From positions 65 to 64,064 of the forward strand of contig JAGGXD010000012.1 of NCBI GenBank assembly GCA_021163295.1: a stretch of 64,000 bases of DNA, written 5' to 3'. The notes beneath the pieces are model-generated. The model was given only the letters and a program-made list of their open reading frames with translations. It was not told the DNA's origin and did not search any database. Source of the DNA: Bacteroidales bacterium (GTDB lineage: Bacteria > Bacteroidota > Bacteroidia > Bacteroidales > VadinHA17). Shown piece after piece: positions 37,501 through 46,189 of the stretch (position 1 is the first letter of the stretch; every line of letters starts with the position of its first letter). The position numbers and the translations under genes were made by a program.

Positions 37501-38405
37501 CCCACAGCTTCAGCCCCGCCTTTATCAAGTCCTCCCCGCCGGGTAGCCGGACCATAACCGATATGGGATACATCTTTTAACCGTACAGGCACATTATCAA
37601 TTACGGCAACCACACTCTCTTCAAGATCCTCCAGGTTTTTAATATAACCAAGCGCCCTGACAAGGTATTCAACCCGGTTGAATTCAATGGTACGTGCACC
37701 AATATCCAGATTGCTTTTCTTTACCGCATTCATTATCTGGGCTACTGTCACACCATAGGCCTTCATGGCATTGGGATCAATATCGATCTGGTATTCTTTG
37801 ACAAAACCACCTATTGAAGCCACTTCGGCCACACCTTTTGCCGAAGTGAGGGAATAGCTGACATAAAAATCCTGGATGGTTCTTAATTCCTGGGGATCCC
37901 AGCCTCCGGCAGGGTTCCCATCTTTATCCCTTCCTTCAAGTGTGTACCAGAAAACCTGGCCCAAAGCTGTTGCATCAGGACCAAGTGCAGGAGTTACTCC
38001 TTCCGGGAGGGTCCCGGCTGGAAGGGAGTTCATTTTTTCAAGGATCCGTGTCCGGCTCCAGTAGAACTCCACATCTTCATCAAATATGACGTAAATACTT
38101 GAAAACCCGAAAATTGAATTACTGCGGATAGTCCGAACACCAGGGATTCCCAGAAGAGCTGTGGTTAAAGGATAACTAATCTGGTCTTCAATATCCTGAG
38201 GTGAACGTCCCGGCCATATAGTGTAAACAATCTGCTGGTTTTCACCCAGATCAGGTATTGCATCTACCGGAACCGGATCACGGGGAAGAAAGCCTGTTTC
38301 CCATTCAAAAGGAGCTGTAATAACTCCCCAGGCTATTAATACAGCCAGGGCTAAAAGGGTAACCAGCTTGTTTTCAAGAAAAAATTTAATGATTTTATTT
38401 AACAT
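34584..38405 (-). CDS. CusA/CzcA-family heavy-metal efflux RND permease, extended form of 1273 aa
   Basis: The N-terminus closely parallels E. coli CusA (VDAIPDLGENQQIVYTIWPGRSPQDIEDQISYPLTTALLGIPGV). The TM4 motif is VDVGIIFTEN. There are extra hydrophobic segments and a periplasmic insertion. Confidence 0.9.
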   Translation of the reverse strand: MLNKIIKFFLENKLVTLLALAVLIAWGVITAPFEWETGFLPRDPVPVDAIPDLGENQQIVYTIWPGRSPQDIEDQISYPLTTALLGIPGVRTIRSNSIFGFSSIYVIFDEDVEFYWSRTRILEKMNSLPAGTLPEGVTPALGPDATALGQVFWYTLEGRDKDGNPAGGWDPQELRTIQDFYVSYSLTSAKGVAEVASIGGFVKEYQIDIDPNAMKAYGVTVAQIMNAVKKSNLDIGARTIEFNRVEYLVRALGYIKNLEDLEESVVAVIDNVPVRLKDVSHIGYGPATRRGGLDKGGAEAVGGVVVARFGANPLKVINNVKEKIKEVSTGLPSKTLDDGTISKVTIVPFYDRTGLIKETLGTLESALTHEILISIIVVIMLVLNLRASVLISGLLPLGVLITFITMRQFGVDANIVALSGIAIAIGVMVDVGIIFTENIVRHLDMPENKDIKGKQLLDVVYRATIEVASAIMTALATTIVSFLPVFAMQATEGKLFRPLAFTKTFALLSSLLIGIVFIPAFSHILFSIRFDKKRMSRIWNITLIAAGLIFSIGFGSWAAVALVAFGVNNLLKNRWPVNKKYFVNLINIGVTILVIVYFLTVEWMPLGAQNSTLSNFIFVIAITGTVLGLLMTIVHFYPVILKWVLDNKVKFLLVPVILILFGVTTWQGFDKVFGFIPNGFEKLGWNLRETKGWQTMNKVIPGVGKEFMPALDEGSFLLMPTTMPHSGIEENLEVIKMLDLRVNSIPEVESVVGKWGRVNSALDPAPISMYENVINYKPEYMLDEYGRRMRFKVDKNDAFILKDGSKYDPAKDGFLEIDHENLIYDEKGKYFRQWREHIKSPDDIWKEILKKSSIPGLTSAPKLQPIQTRLIMLQTGMRAPMGIKVYGPDLGTIEKVGFDIEKFLKEVPGIKPASVFADRVVGKPYLEIDINRKAISRYGLTIKDLQTFLSSAIGGMALTNTVEGRERFPVRVRYAREYRDNPEDLKTILIPTPSGVQVPLGELAKFTYTRGPQLIKSEDTFLVGYVIFDKVADRAEVNVVEDAQKYLEVKIESGEFVVPAGVKYIFTGNYENQIRATKRLLLVVPISLMVIFLILYFQFRSVATSSMVFTGIFVAFAGGFIMIWLYSQGWFMNFSIAGVNMRDLFQMHPINLSVAVWVGFIALFGIATDDGVIMGTYLMQVFEKEKPKTVEKIRESVLHAGSKRVRPAMMTASVAIIALIPVLTSVGKGSDIMVPMAIPSFGGMLLQVITMFVVPLLYSLWQERKIKNIKKRR

Positions 38406-38523
38406 ATCTCTGAATATTTTCGAATGTCATGATTTTGTTTAAGTTTTGATAAAAGAATTATCTATATCAATTCAGCCGTTGTGGAATGCACAAGGGAATG
38501 ATGATATTACTTATACAAAATGA

Positions 38524-38907
38524 CTAACAGAGGTATGCCTGTAATAAAGATAATTTAGCTTGTATGGCAGGTGGAGGCGGAGATTCAGCGAAATTTGAAA
38601 CTTCTGGTTCAATGTTGCCCGGAGCATTAAAAAAATAAACAAACACCAACGGGAAAAGAATATCAAAACCTGCAATCCGGGTATTCTTGAAGGAAACAGG
38701 TGCAACTAAATCTTCTTTAAGCTGAAAAATCTTTGTTTCATTGTGACAGCAGTTGGAATTTCCCATATTGTCACAACATGGCTCTGCTTCCGAATTTATT
38801 AATACTTCAACTAAACGTGAACCACAGTAATGTTTAGACACAGAAAAGCCAATCGTTGTAGTTAACAATAACATGACTAATATAATATTTGCTATTTTTC
38901 TAAACAT
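38524..38907 (-). CDS. Small membrane-anchored Cys-rich protein with HYC, CC...CC and PPPP motifs
   Basis: 127 aa with an N-terminal TM helix and the motifs SKHYCGS, EPCCDNMGNSNCCHNE and ESPPPPA. From memory only, it resembles the family NCBI names HYC_CC_PP. Confidence 0.7.
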   Translation of the reverse strand: MFRKIANIILVMLLLTTTIGFSVSKHYCGSRLVEVLINSEAEPCCDNMGNSNCCHNETKIFQLKEDLVAPVSFKNTRIAGFDILFPLVFVYFFNAPGNIEPEVSNFAESPPPPAIQAKLSLLQAYLC

Positions 38908-38978
38908 GCTACAAAGATAATGGCATATTTTATAATCGTTTTATATAATTATGGGAAAGAGTTATATCTTTTCTTGAT

Positions 38979-39551
38979 TTAGACTTTATCTAATGAATTT
39001 CGTTTTTTTTCTTTGATCCGTTTGAAGTGGGAAGGGGTAAGTCCTGTTATCTTTTTAAACTGTTGGGAAAGATGTTGTACGCTACTGTAACCCGTACGGT
39101 AAGCAATTTCACTTAAGGTCAGTTCGTCATAAACCAATAATTCCTTTACTTTTTCAACACGGTGTAATATGATATTTTTCTCAATGGTTAGTCCTTCTAC
39201 TGAAGAAAAAAGGCTGCTCAGGTAAGAATAATCGTAACCCAATTCCCTTGATAGAAAATCGGAAAAATTTATATATTCCGGTTTTTCTTTATCATAATGT
39301 ATGTACTCAATTATCAGGGTTTTAATTTTGTTTATTATCCAACTTTTCTTATCATCAATAAGTTCAAAGCCATTATCAGTTAAAACCTGCCTTATTTGTT
39401 CAATATCTGTATTATTAACTTCTTTATTTAATACAACTTCTCCCAGTTCAATACTTTCAACAGGATAGCCCAAACCGGTAAGTTCCTCCCTCACAACTTT
39501 GATACATCGGTTGCAAACCATGTTTTTTATATATAAAGTGGTTCTGTTCAT
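38979..39551 (-). CDS. AraC-family transcriptional regulator with an N-terminal HMA-like (CxxC) metal-binding domain
   Basis: 190 aa. The N-terminus is LYIKNMVCNRCIKVVREEL and the C-terminus is an AraC HTH (LSEIAYRTGYSSVQHLSQQFKKITGLTPSHFK). Confidence 0.85.
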   Translation of the reverse strand: MNRTTLYIKNMVCNRCIKVVREELTGLGYPVESIELGEVVLNKEVNNTDIEQIRQVLTDNGFELIDDKKSWIINKIKTLIIEYIHYDKEKPEYINFSDFLSRELGYDYSYLSSLFSSVEGLTIEKNIILHRVEKVKELLVYDELTLSEIAYRTGYSSVQHLSQQFKKITGLTPSHFKRIKEKKRNSLDKV

Positions 39552-39582
39552 GTTACAAGGTTAAAAGATTTATTTTTTGGAC

Positions 39583-42500
39583 TTAAGTAATTAAAGAATA
39601 TTTATTACGGTTAACTACCCAATATAAACCCGGTATCACCAGCAACGAAAGGAACATGGAAATACTCATCCCGCCAATCATAGAGATAGCGAGTGGCTGC
39701 AACATTTCAGAACCTTCTCCTGTGGCCAGTGCCAGTGGTAAAAATCCGAATATAGTGGCAAGGGTGGTCATCAGGATGGGTCTTAACCGTATTTTACCTG
39801 CCATTAAAAGGGCTATTGAAACATCGGTTGTTTTTTCCTCAAGGTATTTTTCAGTATAATCTATCAGCAAAATGCCATTATTAACAACTACACCTACAAT
39901 CATGATCATCCCCATAAAGGCTGAAATATCCAATGGAATCCTTGTGATCCATAATATCAGAAACACTCCGCTAACAGACAGGGTTGTTCCAAGCAGGATT
40001 ACACCTGCTGAGCGGAACGATCTGAATTCAAAAAGCAATATTGAAAACACCAGTAAAATGCCAAAACTCAGGATCAGTATAAGTTCGGTAAACGCCTGTT
40101 GCTGGCTTTTGTATTGACCTCCAAGTTCAACTGTAACACCCGGTGGCAGGTGTATGCCCACAAGCATCTGTTTAATATCACTAATAATACTGCCCAGATC
40201 ACGGTTTGAGATTTGTGCTTTTACGTTGACCACCTGACTGAGGTTTTCATGATCAATATCCGTTTTTCCGGGAATTTTTTCAATGGATGCCACTTCATCC
40301 AGAAATAATACCCGGTTGATGGAAGCCAGGTAAATGGGCATTTTATGTATTTTTTCAACATGGTTGAAATCAGACTTTGGATAGCGTATCCGCACGGGTA
40401 TCATTTTTAACCCCTCCATCATTTGGGTAGCTACAGTGCCCCACAATGCCATATGTACTGCATCGCTTACCTCTTTGATGGATAATCCGTAACGTGTTGC
40501 AGCTTCCTGCTTCACACGAATGGTTAGCTCAGGCTCACTTTTAATAAATCCTTTATACACATCCACGGCTCCCTTGATATTTCCAAGTGAATCAGCAATT
40601 TGTCGTGCTGTTTCCTGGATGAGATCCATATTTTTACCGAATACTTTAATATTAATGGGGGCAATTTCACCACTCAAATCGTTCAGGCGATCTGGCAATA
40701 CCTGAAATAACTCCGGTTCCAGACGTGGTTCATTGCTTTGGTCAAAAGCACGTATTTCATCCATAATCTCAAATGAAGACCGTTTATGTCCTTTTTTAAG
40801 GCTTATAACATAATCCCCATCGTTGGCATGTGTACGCGGATGCGCCAGGCTCCGCCCTGTACGCAGGGAATAACTTTCTACCTCAGGAATCGTCATGATA
40901 TAATTTGAAATACTATTGAGTATGCTTTTTGTGCCTTCGATGGAACTTCCCGGTGGCGCCAGGTAATCGTGTACGATTGTTCCTTCATCCCACTCGGGTA
41001 AAAAGCCACTGGGGATTCGCAGATAGGAATAAACAGCAATACTACCCAGGAGGAAAATGATCAGAAATATAAAAACCGGATAATGCAATAAGCCTCTAAG
41101 CGTTTTTTGTTGAATACTCACAAATACCGGAACAATTTTCCCCTTTTTTTTCTTTTTTGTTGAAATAAAAACAGCTGCAAGTGCAGGTGTGAGAAATACC
41201 GCCAGTATCATGGAAACCACAACGGCAATAGCCAATGTAGATGCCAGTGACCGGAAAAAGATACCCGGGACACCGGTCAGGAATACCAGAGGAATAAAAA
41301 CAACCAGTGTTGTTAAGGTAGCACCCAGCAAGGGAGGGATGATCTCCCCGGTAGCTTTTACTACAGCTTCTTTTCGCTGATAACCTTCTTCAAGGTAACG
41401 TTCAATATTTTCGACTACCACGATGGCATTATCCACCAATATACCAATGGCAGCTGCCAGACCGCCCAAACTCATTAAGTTCAGATTCATGCCAAGCAAT
41501 TTGATAAAGATAAAGGTGATCAGTAAAGCCACCGGAATGATGATGACCGTAACCAGGGTGATACGTAACCTTTTTAGAAACAACAAAAGGACAATAAACG
41601 TGAGGAAAGCTCCCAGGAAGATTGCATCCCGTACACTCCTGATGGCATTTTTAATAAAGTTTGTCATATCATACCATTTTGTCACCTTAATATCCTGTGG
41701 TATTACACCTGCAAGGTCAACCAGACGTTGTTCCACTTCATCCATAATTGAAACTGCATTGGTCCCCGGTTGTTTAATGATGGTAATCAGCACTGAGGGT
41801 TTAAGATTGCTTTCACAGGCAATAAAGGTTTCTTGTACCGCAGGCTCAACAGCGGCAATTTCAGACAGGTAAACCGGTGTAGCTCCCTGGCGGGAAACAA
41901 TGGTATTTTTAATATCGTCAATGTCAAGAAAACGGTTATCGGCAATATTCAGGTATAATTTATTCGCTTCATTCAACCGGCCAACATATTGCAGGTTATT
42001 GGCTTTTTTAAGTGCTTCTTCCACTTCTTTATAATCCAGATGCAGGGCTGCCAGTTTTTGAGGATCGAGATTAACCCAGTATTCGCGTTGATGGCCTCCC
42101 ATAACCTCTATATTGAATATGCCCGGAATGCTGGCCAGTTGGGGACGGATTGTAAATATCGCTACATCCCTCAGTTGTAGCAGATCCAGTTTGTCTGAAG
42201 TCAGGGCATAACCGGCAACGGGGTAGGTACTTGTGGTAAAACGCCTTACCTCGATGGACACACCGGGAGGCAGTTTGCTTTGAATACCACTGATTTGCGC
42301 CTGCACTAACTGGTAGGCCCTGAACATATCCTGGCCCCATTGAAAATCAATATTGATATCAGCCGATCCACGGCTGATACTTGTACGGACGGTACGCACA
42401 CCCTCTACCATCATGGCTGCCTCTTCAATAGGTTTGGCTACTTCCATCTCCATCTCCTTAATGGGAGCCAAACCATAATCTACATAAATGGCAACCCGTG

Positions 42501-42630
42501 GGAATGTTGCATCCGGAAAGACTCCTTGCGGAATATGATAAATCAGGTAACCACCTGTGAGGGATAGCAAAAATGCCATAAATATCATGGCTCTTTTATT
42601 CTCAACAGCAAATTGTGATAGCTTTTTCAT
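39583..42630 (-). CDS. RND efflux permease (AcrB/CzcA superfamily), substrate unknown
   Basis: 1015 aa with 12-TM architecture and TM4 motif VDNAIVVVEN. A 4-nt overlap with the upstream adaptor gene suggests translational coupling. Confidence 0.9.
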   Translation of the reverse strand: MKKLSQFAVENKRAMIFMAFLLSLTGGYLIYHIPQGVFPDATFPRVAIYVDYGLAPIKEMEMEVAKPIEEAAMMVEGVRTVRTSISRGSADINIDFQWGQDMFRAYQLVQAQISGIQSKLPPGVSIEVRRFTTSTYPVAGYALTSDKLDLLQLRDVAIFTIRPQLASIPGIFNIEVMGGHQREYWVNLDPQKLAALHLDYKEVEEALKKANNLQYVGRLNEANKLYLNIADNRFLDIDDIKNTIVSRQGATPVYLSEIAAVEPAVQETFIACESNLKPSVLITIIKQPGTNAVSIMDEVEQRLVDLAGVIPQDIKVTKWYDMTNFIKNAIRSVRDAIFLGAFLTFIVLLLFLKRLRITLVTVIIIPVALLITFIFIKLLGMNLNLMSLGGLAAAIGILVDNAIVVVENIERYLEEGYQRKEAVVKATGEIIPPLLGATLTTLVVFIPLVFLTGVPGIFFRSLASTLAIAVVVSMILAVFLTPALAAVFISTKKKKKGKIVPVFVSIQQKTLRGLLHYPVFIFLIIFLLGSIAVYSYLRIPSGFLPEWDEGTIVHDYLAPPGSSIEGTKSILNSISNYIMTIPEVESYSLRTGRSLAHPRTHANDGDYVISLKKGHKRSSFEIMDEIRAFDQSNEPRLEPELFQVLPDRLNDLSGEIAPINIKVFGKNMDLIQETARQIADSLGNIKGAVDVYKGFIKSEPELTIRVKQEAATRYGLSIKEVSDAVHMALWGTVATQMMEGLKMIPVRIRYPKSDFNHVEKIHKMPIYLASINRVLFLDEVASIEKIPGKTDIDHENLSQVVNVKAQISNRDLGSIISDIKQMLVGIHLPPGVTVELGGQYKSQQQAFTELILILSFGILLVFSILLFEFRSFRSAGVILLGTTLSVSGVFLILWITRIPLDISAFMGMIMIVGVVVNNGILLIDYTEKYLEEKTTDVSIALLMAGKIRLRPILMTTLATIFGFLPLALATGEGSEMLQPLAISMIGGMSISMFLSLLVIPGLYWVVNRNKYSLIT

Positions 42631-43550
42631 TGAACACTCACCTTTATACCATCAGTTAATGAATAAACTTTTTTGGTGGCTACAAATTCATCATCAGCCA
42701 GTCCGGAAAGCACTTCTACAAAATCGTCGTGTTTGATACCGATTTGTACTGTTCTTTTCTCAACCTGTTCATCCGTGACAACAAATACATTGTACACACC
42801 TTCTTCTTCCAACAAAGCCTGCCTTGGGATAACAAGGCTTTGGGTATGTATTTTATCCGGAAATACCAACCTCACCATCATCCCCGGTCTGAATTCCTGT
42901 TTCGGGTTGTTCAGGGCCAGACGTATCTGAATGGTTTGTTTTTGAATATCTACTTTACCATCAAATGTGCTAACAGGCAGGAACAAGGGTTTATGAGGAT
43001 AATCCACAAAAGTAACTTTGATTGTTTTCAATTGTTTAACCTGTGGTATATAAGTTATTGGCAGATCACCATAGATGTCCAGTTGGTTCAGAAACGCAAT
43101 ATGTACAATAGATTCGCCCTTCTGCAATACATCCCCATTATGTTGCATCACTTCCAGTACTGTTCCGTTGATGGGGCTGTACAGTGGAATTTCGTTAATC
43201 TGGCGGGCTACAAGCTGCTGCTGTTCCCTGGTCATTTCTTTAATGATCTGGTTTAATGCTTCCCGCATAGGTGGAATAATTATCCCAATTCTCTGGTCTT
43301 TCTCTACTCTGTCGCCTCGCAACAGGGAGAAATTTTTTAAGCGGCCATCGAATTGAGAAGCGAGAAAAGCTTCCTGACGTAATTTGATAACTCCAAAGAT
43401 TTGAATTGTATCAATGATATCCATCCGGGAAGCTGGCTCCACAGAGATACTTAATAGTGGATGGACTTTCTGTTTGGCAGGTTCCTGCTGATTGCAGGAA
43501 TATAGAAACAGGATAATCAGGAAATAAATGGAAATTCTGGATATATTCAT
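42627..43550 (-). CDS. RND periplasmic adaptor (MFP/HlyD_D23-type) lipoprotein
   Basis: 307 aa with a lipoprotein signal (ILFLYSCNQ) and a beta-barrel/lipoyl pattern. Confidence 0.8.
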   Translation of the reverse strand: MNISRISIYFLIILFLYSCNQQEPAKQKVHPLLSISVEPASRMDIIDTIQIFGVIKLRQEAFLASQFDGRLKNFSLLRGDRVEKDQRIGIIIPPMREALNQIIKEMTREQQQLVARQINEIPLYSPINGTVLEVMQHNGDVLQKGESIVHIAFLNQLDIYGDLPITYIPQVKQLKTIKVTFVDYPHKPLFLPVSTFDGKVDIQKQTIQIRLALNNPKQEFRPGMMVRLVFPDKIHTQSLVIPRQALLEEEGVYNVFVVTDEQVEKRTVQIGIKHDDFVEVLSGLADDEFVATKKVYSLTDGIKVSVQ

Positions 43551-43565
43551 AATTTTAATTATTCT

Positions 43566-44843
43566 TTACTGCTTTTTATTCAAATTGTTTCCCAGTGTAA
43601 TGATTTGATCCACGTGATTGGTAATAATATAATATTCAAAGAGGCTCACCGTATACTCCAGAAGAGTTTCCTCAATGGCTAGTTGTATGTTGGTCAGGCG
43701 TTGCTGTGCGGAAAGGTAATCAAGGTTGGTTGAAATTCCTGCTTTATAATTCAATTCAGCAAAACTGACTGCCTGAAATGAAATGGATTGCCGTTGGTTT
43801 TGTAAAATTAACAGACTTTTGAGTTTAACCATTTTTTCCTGTACTTTAACAAGATGGATCATCAATTCCCGTTCTGCCTCATTTTTCCGGGCATCCAGAG
43901 ATTCAACAATTGCTTCAGATACTTGCTTTTCATAGATATAAGCGTATCCTGAATAGATTGGAATTATAATACCTGCATTGATACGCCAGTAATTGCCATC
44001 ACCTGCAGGATCACTATCATTAAAATAACCACTGCCGAGCGTTAAATGGGGAATTTGGCCGGCGACAATTTCTTTTGTTCTATATTGCTGGGCTTTTACT
44101 TTAGAATTGAAAGATGCAAGTATCGGATTGTCAGATAAGTATTGTAATGACACAGGAGGTAACGGCATAACTGCAATGGAGTCTATTACAACCGGTGCCA
44201 GGCGTAGGCTGTCGGTATTTTCCCATCCCAGCAAATGTGCCAGTTCGATACGAAGATTATTTCGGACAATACCCAGGCGGGTTGTATCTTCCTGTAACCT
44301 TACCATTTCCGATTCAGTTTGAAACACATCCAATTGGGTACGTATTCCTGCTTTCCACATGCCCTGGGTTAATTGATAGTGCTGTTGCAGAAATCTCAAC
44401 CTGACCTGTAAAATTTCTATTTGCTTTTTAACCTGAAGGATACTCATGTATAAAGAGGTTGAACGCCCGATAATATCCAGCCGGTTTTGTTCTTTTTCTA
44501 ACCTTTGGGTTTCGATATCCTGAGTGGCGGCACGACCAGTTTTTTGTATCAGGTCACCTAATGACCAATCAGCATGGACTGATGCCCATACCTGGTTAAA
44601 ATAGTAAGGTTGCAGAAACCTGTTTTCTGTGGCAAGTTCCCCTCCGATTCTTGGAATAGCTTGCGATTTTACCAGGGATGCAACATTTTCTGTAGCTGAA
44701 ATTTCATATTCGTCCGATAATAAAAGAAAACTGTTTTGTTCGGCACGATGAATACATTTTTCCAGGGTAAGAACAGGCGGGGATTGGGCATAAAGCACAA
44801 TAGTCCATGGTAAGGCAATAATCAACATCCACAGTTTTCGCAT
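43566..44843 (-). CDS. TolC-family outer-membrane efflux protein
   Basis: 425 aa with a signal peptide and OEP repeat structure. It is the first gene of a three-gene RND operon. Confidence 0.85.
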   Translation of the reverse strand: MRKLWMLIIALPWTIVLYAQSPPVLTLEKCIHRAEQNSFLLLSDEYEISATENVASLVKSQAIPRIGGELATENRFLQPYYFNQVWASVHADWSLGDLIQKTGRAATQDIETQRLEKEQNRLDIIGRSTSLYMSILQVKKQIEILQVRLRFLQQHYQLTQGMWKAGIRTQLDVFQTESEMVRLQEDTTRLGIVRNNLRIELAHLLGWENTDSLRLAPVVIDSIAVMPLPPVSLQYLSDNPILASFNSKVKAQQYRTKEIVAGQIPHLTLGSGYFNDSDPAGDGNYWRINAGIIIPIYSGYAYIYEKQVSEAIVESLDARKNEAERELMIHLVKVQEKMVKLKSLLILQNQRQSISFQAVSFAELNYKAGISTNLDYLSAQQRLTNIQLAIEETLLEYTVSLFEYYIITNHVDQIITLGNNLNKKQ

Positions 44844-45027
44844 AACATTTTTTCTAATTCATCAAAAATAGGGAATTCTTATAATATCCTGACCTACCTG
44901 CTAAAATAAATATTTTACAAGGAATGTGTCTTCTTTACTGGTGACCCCGTTGGGTGCATAATAGTTTGTTTCATGTGTGGAATAGTTCATCCGGATAGAA
45001 CAGGTATATGATATCTTTATAGTCACA

Positions 45028-45363
45028 TTATAGCACAAACCGCCAGATTAACTTACCCTGGACTGTTGTATTTTTTAGCTGCCACGATGTGTTGTCTGTA
45101 TCAATTAATTGGTTTACAACAAAATAAAAATTTGTACCGGGTTTTGGAATCCGGTTTATACGAAAATTTAACAATATTTCTTTGTCTTCGTTGTTCCATT
45201 GTCCGAACAATGAGCTGAACAGGTCAGGATTTATAGCGAAATTAATCCTTCCCCCAACCTCATGAACAACAAATGATCCTTCAGGAAGAGAAATATCATT
45301 GTGTGTATAATCACATCTCAGTCTGAAGTGGCGGTTTATCTGCCAGGTCAGTGAACTTTCCAA
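45028..45363 (-). pseudogene. 3' remnant of a larger beta-barrel-like gene (C-terminal 111 codons only)
   Basis: The ORF starts abruptly (MESSLTWQINRHFRLRCDYTH...) and ends ...GKLIWRFVL in beta-strand-like periodicity. There is no room for an N-terminal part, because the next gene ends at 45392. Confidence 0.45.
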
Positions 45364-45391
45364 TTTGGTTCGTTTGTCTCCGTATGTGTCT

Positions 45392-46072
45392 TTACTTCAC
45401 TTCAAAATCGTCGAAAGAAGTAACTCCGTCGGCTTTTACCCATAAACCCGTGCCGCCGACATTACTAAAAGTATTATCTTCCACTTCAAGCAGTTTTTTA
45501 CCGTTAAGGAAACCGGTAATTTTCTTCCCATCCTGGATTATTTTCAATTCGTACCAATTACCGGCAGGCAGATTAATTCTGGCACTGGCAAGCATTCTTC
45601 TTGCTCCGTCTTTTACATAATATATACGAAAGTTATTTTCAAGCGGGTTGCAGCGGGAGATGTAATAATTGTTTTTATCCTTAACACGCCAGATTACACC
45701 GCCGCCCTGGTCTTCAATCCCTGTGTTTGCTTTAAACATCACTTTAATTTCCCCGTTCAGGAAATTAATTTCTTTTGTCCAGCAAAGATTATAAGTGCCA
45801 CCAAATGAATGGTTGGTTTTAGTTAGAGCCAGAACCTTGTGGCCTGAAGGAGCTGTATTGTCTTCTATCACTTGCCAGTTAGCCAGCGGACCTTGTTGGT
45901 TGGTTGCTTCAATTTTCCACCCTGCGGGAAGATTACCGGCAGAAACCGATTCAAAATCAAGATTGACTTTTGTGGCTTTTTGTAACCCATGGGCCTGTGC
46001 CCCGGTAAACGAGAAAATACAGAAGAAGAAAAAAACTACCATACAGTTTTTTACTACATTTTTTGTTTTCAT
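45392..46072 (-). CDS. Secreted DUF1080/LamG-like (3-keto-disaccharide hydrolase fold) protein
   Basis: 226 aa with a signal peptide. The motifs WQVIEDN...GGVIWRVKD...NNFRIYYV...WYELKIIQDGKKITGFLNGKKL...FDDFEV fit the family. Confidence 0.65.
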   Translation of the reverse strand: MKTKNVVKNCMVVFFFFCIFSFTGAQAHGLQKATKVNLDFESVSAGNLPAGWKIEATNQQGPLANWQVIEDNTAPSGHKVLALTKTNHSFGGTYNLCWTKEINFLNGEIKVMFKANTGIEDQGGGVIWRVKDKNNYYISRCNPLENNFRIYYVKDGARRMLASARINLPAGNWYELKIIQDGKKITGFLNGKKLLEVEDNTFSNVGGTGLWVKADGVTSFDDFEVK

Positions 46073-46189
46073 AGTTTAAATTTGTTAATATATAAAATGA
46101 TCGTGTCCAATATTTCAAAGTTAATAAAATATATTTTTTGATTTCAGAAATGTAGGTTATTTTTATCCCCCGAAAAAAATTAGCAGACT

